Virus record (IMG/VR): IMGVR_UViG_3300045988_068338
Length of the DNA stretch: 39,393 nt
Strand: one strand, 5' to 3'
DNA from: a virus
Of the stretch, positions 6,615 to 14,631 are shown piece by piece (positions within the stretch are counted from its first letter, which is position 1; each line of letters begins with the position of its first letter). The notes under the pieces were generated by a model. It saw only the letters and a program-made list of their open reading frames with translations. It had not been told where the DNA came from and did no database searches. A program made the position numbers and the translations under genes.

Positions 6615-6754
6615 GGGCAGGAGAAATCATTGAAAGAATCAGACACATGCTCAAGGTCAAGGACTGCAAACATGTATGTCTGTTCTGCGAATATTATGAC
6701 ATGTGCAAAGAGGAGGCGAAAGCGAATGAACATGAGATATGCAAAGAGAAGTGA
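6611..6754 (+). CDS. Possible 47-aa Cys-rich protein
   Basis: GTGA overlap with the upstream stop. RBS GGAGGAG 8 nt upstream. Product contains C..C..FC...C...C. It overlaps the VRR-NUC start by 29 nt. Confidence 0.35.
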   Translation: MRAGEIIERIRHMLKVKDCKHVCLFCEYYDMCKEEAKANEHEICKEK

Positions 6755-7178
6755 GGACACGGAGCAAATCAACGTCGTGTCATGGGCGGGATGGAACATG
6801 AACCGTTATCCGGAATTAAAGTGGTTGTTCCATGTGCCAAACGGAGGCAGTCGAAACAAACAGGAGGCAGTCAAATTCAAACAGATGGGTGTCAAGGCGG
6901 GCGTTTCTGATTTGTGCCTCCCGTACCCGAAAGGCTCATACTGCGGGTTATTTGTAGAAATGAAATTCGGGAATAACAGGCAGCAGGACACACAAAAAGA
7001 GTTCCTTGCGGATATGGCAGCAGCCGGACATTTTGTTGCAACCTGCTATTCGGCAGAGGAGGCAATCAAGGTCATTGAGGAATATCTGAATTTGTCGGAT
7101 GCGGTACACATGGAGAGAAATCTGAACATGAGCATCCCGAACAACAGCATCCTCAAGGACGGGAAAATCAAGAATTGA
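6726..7178 (+). CDS. VRR-NUC domain nuclease
   Basis: Start moved to ATG 6726 (MNMRYAK), which follows GAGGAGG. PD-(D/E)xK core GVSDLCLPYP...GLFVEMK. Confidence 0.85.
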   Translation: MNMRYAKRSEDTEQINVVSWAGWNMNRYPELKWLFHVPNGGSRNKQEAVKFKQMGVKAGVSDLCLPYPKGSYCGLFVEMKFGNNRQQDTQKEFLADMAAAGHFVATCYSAEEAIKVIEEYLNLSDAVHMERNLNMSIPNNSILKDGKIKN

Positions 7179-7189
7179 GGAGAAAAGCG

Positions 7190-7309
7190 ATGAAAGTATT
7201 GATTGTGTTAGGTATTGCAGCGGTTGTCATGCTTGCGATGGTATTTCTTGCGGTGATTTTATTCGTGGCAGCAGTTGCGGTCGATATAGCGTCCGAATTT
7301 ATGGACTAA
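7190..7309 (+). CDS. Possible 39-aa hydrophobic peptide
   Basis: RBS GAGGAG. Product MKVLIVLGIAAVVMLAMVFLAVILFVAAVAVDIASEFMD is a single long TM segment. Confidence 0.4.
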   Translation: MKVLIVLGIAAVVMLAMVFLAVILFVAAVAVDIASEFMD

Positions 7310-7340
7310 AAAATATAACAGGATAACAGGAGGAAACAAC

Positions 7341-8120
7341 ATGAGAATTATTGCGGTAATGTCACCAAAGGGAGGAATCGGAAAAACGACGACATCCGAT
7401 TCAATCGCCTATATGTTGGGCGAGGAGCAGGGAAAGAGAGTGCTTGTGTTAGACGGAGACCCGCAGGGCGATACATCAAAGACGTTCGGGGTATTTGAAC
7501 CGGACGGAATCGGAATGAGTGAGCTGCTTGAGAAACATGAATGTGTCGGCGGTACATACAAAACGGGTGATTTGATTCGCCCGACGGAATACTCACACGT
7601 TGACATCATTCCGGCGAACGGCTATCTCATGAAAACGGACATGAATTTGCTGCTCAAGTCAGAGGACAATCAAGTCACACGATTGCGTGAGGCGTTGGAG
7701 GAGGTAGCAGACGCATACGATTATTGCATTTGTGATTGTGGTCGACTGCTTGACATGGTGGTCATCAATATCCTCATATCGGCAGAGTTAATCATTGCAC
7801 CCGTAAAGGTTGGAGGATATGAAATCGAGGCATTGCAGAACCTTGAGGAGCAGATTGAGGACTTGAGAGACATCAATCCGGATTTGAGAATCAAGGCACT
7901 CATGACCATGCGACAGAAAAACAAGACCTCTCTTGAGGTTGAGGAGTGGTTGAAAGCAGATTCCGGATTTGACATGTTTGTCACTCCGGTTCGCCGTTCC
8001 ATCGTTGCGGAAAAATCAACAACGGCAATGATGCCACTCCCGAAATTTTCAAAGCGTGGAATCGTGTCTCAAGATTACAGATGTGTTGTGCATGAGTTAC
8101 TCAAGGAAATGGAGGGGTAA
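7341..8120 (+). CDS. parA: ParA/Soj-family partition ATPase
   Basis: Deviant Walker A SPKGGIGKTT, VLVLDGDPQGD, 259 aa. RBS AGGAGG. Confidence 0.9.
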   Translation: MRIIAVMSPKGGIGKTTTSDSIAYMLGEEQGKRVLVLDGDPQGDTSKTFGVFEPDGIGMSELLEKHECVGGTYKTGDLIRPTEYSHVDIIPANGYLMKTDMNLLLKSEDNQVTRLREALEEVADAYDYCICDCGRLLDMVVINILISAELIIAPVKVGGYEIEALQNLEEQIEDLRDINPDLRIKALMTMRQKNKTSLEVEEWLKADSGFDMFVTPVRRSIVAEKSTTAMMPLPKFSKRGIVSQDYRCVVHELLKEMEG

Positions 8121-8123
8121 GGC

Positions 8124-9107
8124 ATGGAAAACGAGACAATACAAATCCTTGAATTGTTCGGAGGGATTGGGTCGCCTCGATGTGCCTTGAGAAATTTGAA
8201 CATTCCAACGAAAGCAATCGACTATGTGGAAATCAATGAAAAGGCGGTGCGTTCGTACAATTCGATGTTCCGTGAGGAATTGGCATATAAAACACAAACG
8301 GTTGTCGGATGGAATCTGAAACCGGACATTCTGATTCACGGTTCGCCCTGTCAAGATATGAGCATTGCAGGACATCAAGGAAAAGCCACAGGCGAGGGCA
8401 GAATCAACAGAGGAAAAGGTTCAGACGAGGGGAGCGGAACACGTTCCTCCCTCATGTGGGAGACAATACATATCATTGAGAACATGGGCGAATGGCGACC
8501 TCGTTATGTAATATGGGAAAATGTGAAGAATGTGAAATCAAAGTACATGAGACCGAATTTTGACAGATACATGGTTGAAATGGAGCGGTTAGGATATACG
8601 AATAATTTCGAGGTACTGGATGCAAGAGAGTTCGGATTGCCACAGGCAAGAGAGCGAGTGTTCACGGTTTCTGTTCTGAATGGAGAAAGATTTGAGTTCG
8701 ATGACCTTATAAGAACACCGATGCGAAATTTGCAGGAATTTCTTGAGGATGATGCAAGTGTTCCGGATGTCTACGATGTGACGCAACCGTCCGTCCTTGC
8801 ATGTATCGGAGAAAAAGGCATCCGCAGGGCAACGGTTATCACAGATTGTGCATATACAATCACAACAAGACAAGACCGGACACCTGCACAAGTCATTGAC
8901 CGAGGCGGTGGACGCTATCGTTATTTGACCGAGCGTGAGTGTTGGCGATTGATGGGGTACACGGACGAGGATTTTGACAGGGCGAAAGCAGTACAGGAAA
9001 GAAACGGCAAGTATTACAAAGCATTATACGACCAAGCAGGAAACAGCATCGCCGTTCCAATATTCGAGAGCATATTCAGAAAAATAATTTTGCATGAGGT
9101 CGCATGA
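8124..9107 (+). CDS. DNA (cytosine-5)-methyltransferase, orphan
   Basis: Motif I ELFGGIG, motif IV GSPCQDMS, motif VI ENVKN, motif X GNSIAVP. No adjacent restriction endonuclease candidate. Confidence 0.95.
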   Translation: MENETIQILELFGGIGSPRCALRNLNIPTKAIDYVEINEKAVRSYNSMFREELAYKTQTVVGWNLKPDILIHGSPCQDMSIAGHQGKATGEGRINRGKGSDEGSGTRSSLMWETIHIIENMGEWRPRYVIWENVKNVKSKYMRPNFDRYMVEMERLGYTNNFEVLDAREFGLPQARERVFTVSVLNGERFEFDDLIRTPMRNLQEFLEDDASVPDVYDVTQPSVLACIGEKGIRRATVITDCAYTITTRQDRTPAQVIDRGGGRYRYLTERECWRLMGYTDEDFDRAKAVQERNGKYYKALYDQAGNSIAVPIFESIFRKIILHEVA

Positions 9108-9129
9108 GACCGGAAAGAGAGGAAAGCAC

Positions 9130-9525
9130 ATGGGAAACATCGTGAAAACAGCAAAATGCAGATTCTGCGGTCAGATGACGCAGATTGAGGCAGATGAAAA
9201 ACTGACAGCAGCACAAGCAGAGGAACAGGCAACAATGACATGTAACTGCACCGAGGCGGTCGAGTATCAGAAAGAGAAACAGAGGAAAGAAAAGGCAATG
9301 ATGAATGTGTCTGCCTTGTTTGGAGAGAACGCAGCACCGGACAAGAGATGCGGTGAGGGCATCGTGAACATCTTAAAGGCAGCAGTCGAGGAGATTTACA
9401 CCGGAGGACTTGCGAAAGTCACATTAAACCTCCGAGGGGGGGTCAAAGCATCAATTTCACAGAATGCAAAGGGTGAAATTAACGTCGAACGTACAGAGAC
9501 AAAGAAACAGAAACTCACAGAGTAA
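9130..9525 (+). CDS. Hypothetical protein with N-terminal Cys pairs
   Basis: Start moved to ATG 9130 (MGNIVKTAKCRFCG). The upstream ATG at 9094 has no RBS. Confidence 0.55.
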   Translation: MGNIVKTAKCRFCGQMTQIEADEKLTAAQAEEQATMTCNCTEAVEYQKEKQRKEKAMMNVSALFGENAAPDKRCGEGIVNILKAAVEEIYTGGLAKVTLNLRGGVKASISQNAKGEINVERTETKKQKLTE

Positions 9526-9543
9526 TAACAGGAGGTTGAACAG

Positions 9544-10848
9544 ATGGCAGCAGGATTCAGCGTGAAAGACGCACTCAACAAGAACAGCAAAGCGGGGATT
9601 GATGAATCTCCGAGAGCGAGATTCCGGACAAAGGACATTTCAATTTTCAAGATGTACCGGAACGATATGAATTTTTACAGTGTAGAGCAGATTGAGGAAC
9701 TGGCAGGAGACATCCTCATGTATGGGTTGAAACAGAACCTCGAACTTGTATATGCACCGTGCGAAATGGGCGAATATAGAATCGTGGCAGGTGAAAGACG
9801 GTGGGAGGCTCTCAAGTATCTTGTATCAAAGGGATATAAAGAATTTGAACTTGCGACCAGTAAATTGACGACACCGCAGGACGATGACGAGGAGCAGGTT
9901 GAAATCATAATTGCGAATGCATACCGTACAAAGACCGTTTCAGACATGATTGAGGAGGAAACACGCCTCAAGGCATCTCTTGAGCGTATGAAAGCAGCGG
10001 GAAAGAAAATCAAGGGATATGACCTGCAATCCGGACGATTGAGAGAGGTGATTTCCTCAATGCTGCACATGAGCAAAACAAAGGTTGCTCAAATAGAGGC
10101 AGTCAACAACAATCTGATTCCGGAATGGAAAGAGGAACTCAAGGGCGAACGCCTCACATTTTCCGCAGCCTATGAATTGAGCGGGATGACAGAGGACGAG
10201 CAGCGGGAGGCACTGGGGAAATTCACAGAAACCGGAGAACTCACACACAAAGATGTGAAAGACATGAAAGCAGAAAGGGCAGCAGGGCAGCAGGTGTCAG
10301 AATCCGACACAGAGACAGAAATCGGCATGAACCCGCCGGAAGTGAGAGCGGGCGACGAATATGAGACACCGCATCCGGAGGGAATCACATCAATATGTTA
10401 TTCCTGCACCGAATATGAGACATGCAACGTCAAAACCGGAACATGTACATCATGCGACCAGTACAAGAACCGTACAGAGGCATACAAGACCGACGAGCAG
10501 AGATATTCAGAGGAACAGGATGCAATCGACCGTGAGACAAAGAAAAAACTCCGTGAGATGGAGCAGGAGGAGAAGATGCAGAAACTCCCGTCAACAGCAC
10601 CGGAGGAAATAAAGACAATCAGAGTGTCACAGGACAAATTCGAGGAATACACGGGAGAATATAGAAAACCGTACATGATAACAAAAGACGACGGATTCAA
10701 GGTCGGAAATGTCGTCAAATTAGTAGTATTTGCAGCAGGTAAAGCGACCGGAGAGACGGCAGACATGAGAATCACCTGCAAAGATGATGACATCACATGT
10801 AGTGGACTGTCAGACGGTTGGTGCGTTATCGGTTTAGGCGAGGCATAG
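9544..10848 (+). CDS. ParB-like nuclease-domain protein with Cys-rich linker and DUF3850/ASCH-like C-terminal domain
   Basis: ParB/Srx motif IVAGERRWEA. Cys cluster CYSCTEYETCNVKTGTCTSC. The last ~75 aa (FKVGNVVKL..TGE..ITC..GWCVIGL) resemble a PUA-like DUF3850 fold. Confidence 0.75.
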   Translation: MAAGFSVKDALNKNSKAGIDESPRARFRTKDISIFKMYRNDMNFYSVEQIEELAGDILMYGLKQNLELVYAPCEMGEYRIVAGERRWEALKYLVSKGYKEFELATSKLTTPQDDDEEQVEIIIANAYRTKTVSDMIEEETRLKASLERMKAAGKKIKGYDLQSGRLREVISSMLHMSKTKVAQIEAVNNNLIPEWKEELKGERLTFSAAYELSGMTEDEQREALGKFTETGELTHKDVKDMKAERAAGQQVSESDTETEIGMNPPEVRAGDEYETPHPEGITSICYSCTEYETCNVKTGTCTSCDQYKNRTEAYKTDEQRYSEEQDAIDRETKKKLREMEQEEKMQKLPSTAPEEIKTIRVSQDKFEEYTGEYRKPYMITKDDGFKVGNVVKLVVFAAGKATGETADMRITCKDDDITCSGLSDGWCVIGLGEA

Positions 10849-10858
10849 AGGAGACAGA

Positions 10859-10939
10859 ATGAGTTATAAACAGAGACACCCGTATTTGATGCAGATTGTA
10901 TATATCATCAAATACAGATTGAAGAATTGGAGGAAATAA
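10859..10939 (+). CDS. Possible 26-aa peptide (speculative)
   Basis: RBS GAGGAG. Its stop abuts the TTG start of the next gene. It contains a 10-bp perfect inverted repeat. Confidence 0.2.
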   Translation: MSYKQRHPYLMQIVYIIKYRLKNWRK

Positions 10940-11275
10940 TTGAAAACAGTATATGTCAGAACAAAGACAAAAGACGAGGCAAGAAAGAGAGCGGAGTGGC
11001 TCTATATGATATTAAGGGATTGCACTCCGGTTATTGCAGATTTGCACACATCAAAAGCACAGGTTGTGACTGAATCAATGGTTATCAAGTATGTTCCGGA
11101 AAACTACACAATGGACGGAATACGATGCGACATTGCAATCGGGTTCGGGCAATTAGGAAAAATCATCGCAACAGAGAACACCTGTGACAATTTGATGGAC
11201 GAAAGAGAACTTGCAAAGTATATCGTTGACAATGAAACGATTTCAGAAAATGAAAATATCGAATGCAGGAGGTAA
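10940..11275 (+). CDS. Hypothetical protein (111 aa) immediately upstream of the MazF-like gene
   Basis: TTG start after GGAGGAAATAA. It ends 6 nt before the toxin-like gene. Confidence 0.6.
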   Translation: MKTVYVRTKTKDEARKRAEWLYMILRDCTPVIADLHTSKAQVVTESMVIKYVPENYTMDGIRCDIAIGFGQLGKIIATENTCDNLMDERELAKYIVDNETISENENIECRR

Positions 11276-11281
11276 AAATCA

Positions 11282-11893
11282 ATGAATGACATCAAAAGAG
11301 GCGAAATGTTCTATATCAGCAGAGGGGGGGCATCCTACAACGGGAGCGAACAACACGCAGACCGTCCGGCGGTAGTGGTTAGCAACAACAAGAACAATGA
11401 GAACAGCAATGTTGTTGAAATCGTATATATGACGACACAACCGAAAACAGACCTCCCGACACATGTGACAGTGAGGTCAACAGGGAGAATCAGCACGGTA
11501 TTGTGTGAGCAGGTCTATTCGGTATCAACGGAGCGTGTAGGAACATACATCGGAGAGTGTACAGACAAGGAAATGGAGAACATCGACATTGCTCTCATGA
11601 TTTCCTTGCAGCTTGACGGCAACATGAAAACCTCAAAGAAATACAATGAGACAATCAAAGAGCAGCAGGAGGAAATCGACAGTCTCAAGAAAGAAATTGA
11701 GATGTTGCAGCAGGAGCATGAGGACACAATCGCAGAGATTGAACAGGATGCAGCAGTCTATGTTGAGGAAAACAAGAAAATTGCGAACATGACACAGACA
11801 GAGGACACAATCAGATTACAGACAGAAAGAGACACATACAAGACCATGTATGAACAGTTACTCAACAGATTAGTGAATGGAGGAGCAGCATGA
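11282..11893 (+). CDS. MazF/PemK-family endoribonuclease-like protein with ~95-aa C-terminal coiled-coil extension
   Basis: RGEMFYI...GSEQ..DRPAVVVSNN...LPTHV...STVLCEQVYSVS..R...EMENIDIALMISLQL matches the MazF/EndoA pattern. Residues ~110-203 are heptad-like and Glu/Gln/Lys-rich. Confidence 0.8.
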   Translation: MNDIKRGEMFYISRGGASYNGSEQHADRPAVVVSNNKNNENSNVVEIVYMTTQPKTDLPTHVTVRSTGRISTVLCEQVYSVSTERVGTYIGECTDKEMENIDIALMISLQLDGNMKTSKKYNETIKEQQEEIDSLKKEIEMLQQEHEDTIAEIEQDAAVYVEENKKIANMTQTEDTIRLQTERDTYKTMYEQLLNRLVNGGAA

Positions 11894-12468
11894 ACAAAAG
11901 CGAATTAAAAGCAATATTTATCAATGCAAAGGCAACAGATGCGAAATACATCGGCGTGAGCATTCAGACAGAGGACAGCAGTCAACCGGAAATCATCATC
12001 AATCCGAATGCGAATTTTGATGCGAAATTTGACTATTACATGGAGGCATACGACGACGATTTGATTCTGATTGCAGCAAAGGGCAAAAAGGACATCAGAA
12101 TCACGGCAGCAGGGCAAGGAAAACGTTTCGAGGATATTGAATGTCAGCTATTAGGAGAGCGGGGCAAGGGTTGGAAAGAACTCATTGCAGGAGCGATTGA
12201 CAATGCGTATGAGAAAATGATTGCAACCACACCTCCAACGACAGAGGAGGAACAGACCCATTGTGAAATGATAAAAGAGGCAGTCAAGGGAATGTTCATC
12301 AATGAGAGCAGGACGGCAGCAGAGGCAGAGTTCATCAAGACACACATTGTCGACTATGAGAAAATATTCGATGTGTGCATGAATGGTGATGACCTTGAGT
12401 TCAAAAAAGGACTTGTCAGATTGCAGAAAATGCAAAATGAATATGTTATGCAGCGGGAAAATGACTGA
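11890..12468 (+). CDS. Hypothetical protein (192 aa)
   Basis: ATGA overlap with the upstream gene. RBS GGAGGAG. Confidence 0.7.
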   Translation: MNKSELKAIFINAKATDAKYIGVSIQTEDSSQPEIIINPNANFDAKFDYYMEAYDDDLILIAAKGKKDIRITAAGQGKRFEDIECQLLGERGKGWKELIAGAIDNAYEKMIATTPPTTEEEQTHCEMIKEAVKGMFINESRTAAEAEFIKTHIVDYEKIFDVCMNGDDLEFKKGLVRLQKMQNEYVMQREND

Positions 12469-12613
12469 TAGAGAAAAAGAGGCGTTCATCGGCGGGATAG
12501 AATTTGCGAGAGACTGGAATCTCGACATCCCGCCGGATGATTTGCGTTTATACGAGAGATTGATTCAAGAAAGGACAAAAAAAGAGAATGAACAAAGTCA
12601 TATTGATGGGTAG
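12461..12613 (+). CDS. Hypothetical protein (50 aa)
   Basis: ATGACTGA start/stop overlap with the upstream gene. Start MTDREKE chosen from track ORF 12383..12613. Confidence 0.4.
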   Translation: MTDREKEAFIGGIEFARDWNLDIPPDDLRLYERLIQERTKKENEQSHIDG

Positions 12614-13016
12614 GCTCACGAGAGACCCGAATGTCAGATACACACAGCAGAACAGTTCACAGGAATCCATGTGCGTGGCACGGTACACACTGGCGGTCGA
12701 CCGCAGAGGTACAAGAGACGGGCAGCAGTCAGCGGATTTTATATCTTGCGTCGCATTCGGCAAAAATGGCGAATTTGCAGAGAAGTATTTGAAACAGGGA
12801 ACGAAAATTGCAGCAACAGGCAGGATTCAGACAGGCTCATACACCAACAGAGACGGTCAAAAGGTATATACGACCGACGTTGTGATTGAGGAACAGGAAT
12901 TTGCGGAAAGCAAGAGGGCAGCAGGAGAACAGGCAGAAAATGCCGGATATTCAGACGCAGGAGACGGATTCATGAACATTCCGGACGATGTCGACGGCGA
13001 ATTGCCTTTTATGTAA
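12588..13016 (+). CDS. ssb: Single-stranded DNA-binding protein
   Basis: MNKVILMGRLTRDPNVRY OB-fold N-terminus, a Gly/Gln/Ala-rich linker and an acidic tip DVDGELPFM. Confidence 0.95.
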   Translation: MNKVILMGRLTRDPNVRYTQQNSSQESMCVARYTLAVDRRGTRDGQQSADFISCVAFGKNGEFAEKYLKQGTKIAATGRIQTGSYTNRDGQKVYTTDVVIEEQEFAESKRAAGEQAENAGYSDAGDGFMNIPDDVDGELPFM

Positions 13017-13039
13017 GCGAAAAGGAGGGTTGTGATAAT

Positions 13040-13405
13040 ATGGGAATCTTAAAAGGCATAATTGACCGATTTCGGGCGATGGGAAAATCAGAAAAAGAGA
13101 TTTCGGGCATTATCGAGACGGCAGCAGACAAAGCGACCGCAAATCCGGATGTCACGAAACCGGAAAAACCGAAAAAACCGGAAATTAAGATTGAAACAAC
13201 AGCAGAGGCGTTCGTTGAGGCAGTCTTGCGAATAGGAACGACTTTGCAACAGGCAAAAACGGCAATTTTGAAAATGAGCAGTTTGAGAGATGCGGAAAAC
13301 CGCAAAAACACGAATAACTGGCGTAAAATGCACGGTCTGCCTATGAGAAGAAAGCAGAAAGCGAGGAAAAAGCATGAAAGAGGAAAAGGAGCAGACGGTC
13401 ATTGA
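13040..13405 (+). CDS. Hypothetical protein (121 aa, basic C-terminus)
   Basis: RBS GGAGGG. Confidence 0.6.
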   Translation: MGILKGIIDRFRAMGKSEKEISGIIETAADKATANPDVTKPEKPKKPEIKIETTAEAFVEAVLRIGTTLQQAKTAILKMSSLRDAENRKNTNNWRKMHGLPMRRKQKARKKHERGKGADGH

Positions 13406-13817
13406 AAAAACCTTGCTATATCTTGAGAATTATCGTGAAATGGAACGATATATCAATGAGGCGGTATCAGAGACCTCTCAAGTGCCGGATATAGGCAAAT
13501 ACAACATATCAGCGGAAAAGGCATTCCTGCAATCGGTCAGAGAGTGCCGTGCAGAGACGGTCATTCTGTTTGAACATTTGAAAAAGGCTCTTGCATCGCT
13601 CAAGGAAGATGCAGAGGCAGCAGGTGAGGGGTATAAATACGACGCTCTTGAGGCGGTCTATATAAAGGGCATGTCATACGAGGATATAGTGAGGGAGACA
13701 GGATGCGGACGCAACTCACCGAAAAAGTGGTGCAGGGTGATGATTCAGCGGTTGTCAATCAAGTTATTCGGTGCAAAAGCGATTGAAAATGATAAAAACG
13801 GAGTGAAAACAGGGTGA
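13374..13817 (+). CDS. Putative late-gene activator (sigma-70 region-4-like, RinA/ArpU position)
   Basis: C-terminal HTH-like segment MSYEDIVRETGCGRNSPKKWCRVMIQRL. It is the last gene before a strong terminator and the packaging module. Confidence 0.55.
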   Translation: MKEEKEQTVIEKTLLYLENYREMERYINEAVSETSQVPDIGKYNISAEKAFLQSVRECRAETVILFEHLKKALASLKEDAEAAGEGYKYDALEAVYIKGMSYEDIVRETGCGRNSPKKWCRVMIQRLSIKLFGAKAIENDKNGVKTG

Positions 13818-13851
13818 AATGAGGGTGAAAACAGGGGTAAAAAGTGGGTGA
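13801..13851. repeat. Five helically phased heptamer repeats (GGGTGAA-like) at an exact 11-bp period
   Basis: GAGTGAA at 13801, GGGTGAA at 13812, GGGTGAA at 13823, GGGGTAA at 13834, GGGTGAA at 13845. The array straddles the stop codon at 13815-13817. Confidence 0.7.
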
Positions 13852-13902
13852 ACAAAAGACAAAATAAACGTGATAATATGTTAGCGTGAACAGTTGAGAC
13901 GA

Positions 13903-13930
13903 GCGATTGCAGATATGCAGTCGCTTTTTT
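13903..13930 (+). terminator. Rho-independent terminator closing the early/middle operon
   Basis: GCGATTGCA (13903-13911), GATA loop, TGCAGTCGC (13916-13924), then TTTTTT (13925-13930). Confidence 0.8.
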
Positions 13931-14044
13931 CTTGCCTGTTTGCCCTCCTGTTATATGCGGGTGGGATATACACAGTCATGTGCATAACTGCCCGCCTCTT
14001 GTGGATAACACAGCAGGAGAACACAGCAAGAGAGGAGAACACAG

Positions 14045-14554
14045 ATGCTATTGAAATCATGCAGGTGTGGGAAGTTGATTCCGCAGTCAATGAAGATGTG
14101 CGATGAATGTGAGCAACGGCAGCAGTCGAGACACATGATATATAACAACACACGGCGAGACGAGAGAGCAGCAGAGTTCTATGTATCAAAGGAATGGCGG
14201 GCAATGCGAGAGCGTATCATTGAGGTCTATGACAACGTAGATATATACGCATTATATGTCGAGCATGAGTTGCTCACATGCAATCCGGTTCACCATATCA
14301 TTGAACTTGAGGACGACTGGGAACAGCGTTTGAATCCGTTCAACCTCATACCTCTCAACCATAAGACACACAACACAATCACTGCTTTATATAAGCAGAG
14401 CAAAGCAAGTATGAGAGCAACACAAAAACAGTTGAGGTCACTGATTGAGTACCACTTTCGAGAGGCAGGGGGATATAAAAAAGTTTTGTGCGATTCGTTT
14501 TTAGTCGCACCCCCTCTTTTCCTTGGAGAAAACTCCCCACGAGAATTTCAGTAG
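14045..14554 (+). CDS. HNH endonuclease (packaging-associated)
   Basis: Cys pairs CRCG..CDEC. HNH core VHHIIELEDD...N..N.IPLNHKTHN. It lies directly upstream of terS/terL. Confidence 0.9.
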   Translation: MLLKSCRCGKLIPQSMKMCDECEQRQQSRHMIYNNTRRDERAAEFYVSKEWRAMRERIIEVYDNVDIYALYVEHELLTCNPVHHIIELEDDWEQRLNPFNLIPLNHKTHNTITALYKQSKASMRATQKQLRSLIEYHFREAGGYKKVLCDSFLVAPPLFLGENSPREFQ

Positions 14555-14631
14555 ATGGGTATATCCGAAAGAGGCGTCAGAATGTGACACAAAAGCACTG
14601 AAATACTGACGGAAAGGAGGTTTGTTGCATC

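Noticed and set aside
13871-13930. Extended -10-like TGATAATAT (13871-13879) followed about 25 nt later by the terminator, which could define a tiny ~45-nt sRNA
   Set aside because: No acceptable -35 is present, the putative transcript would be little more than the terminator hairpin, and AT-rich -10-like hexamers are frequent here. I judged the evidence too weak to call.
13894-14106. 70-aa plus-strand ORF upstream of the HNH gene
   Set aside because: It starts inside and reads through the strong terminator hairpin at 13903-13930, has no RBS, and overlaps the HNH start region. The HNH start at 14045 has a good GAGGAG RBS.
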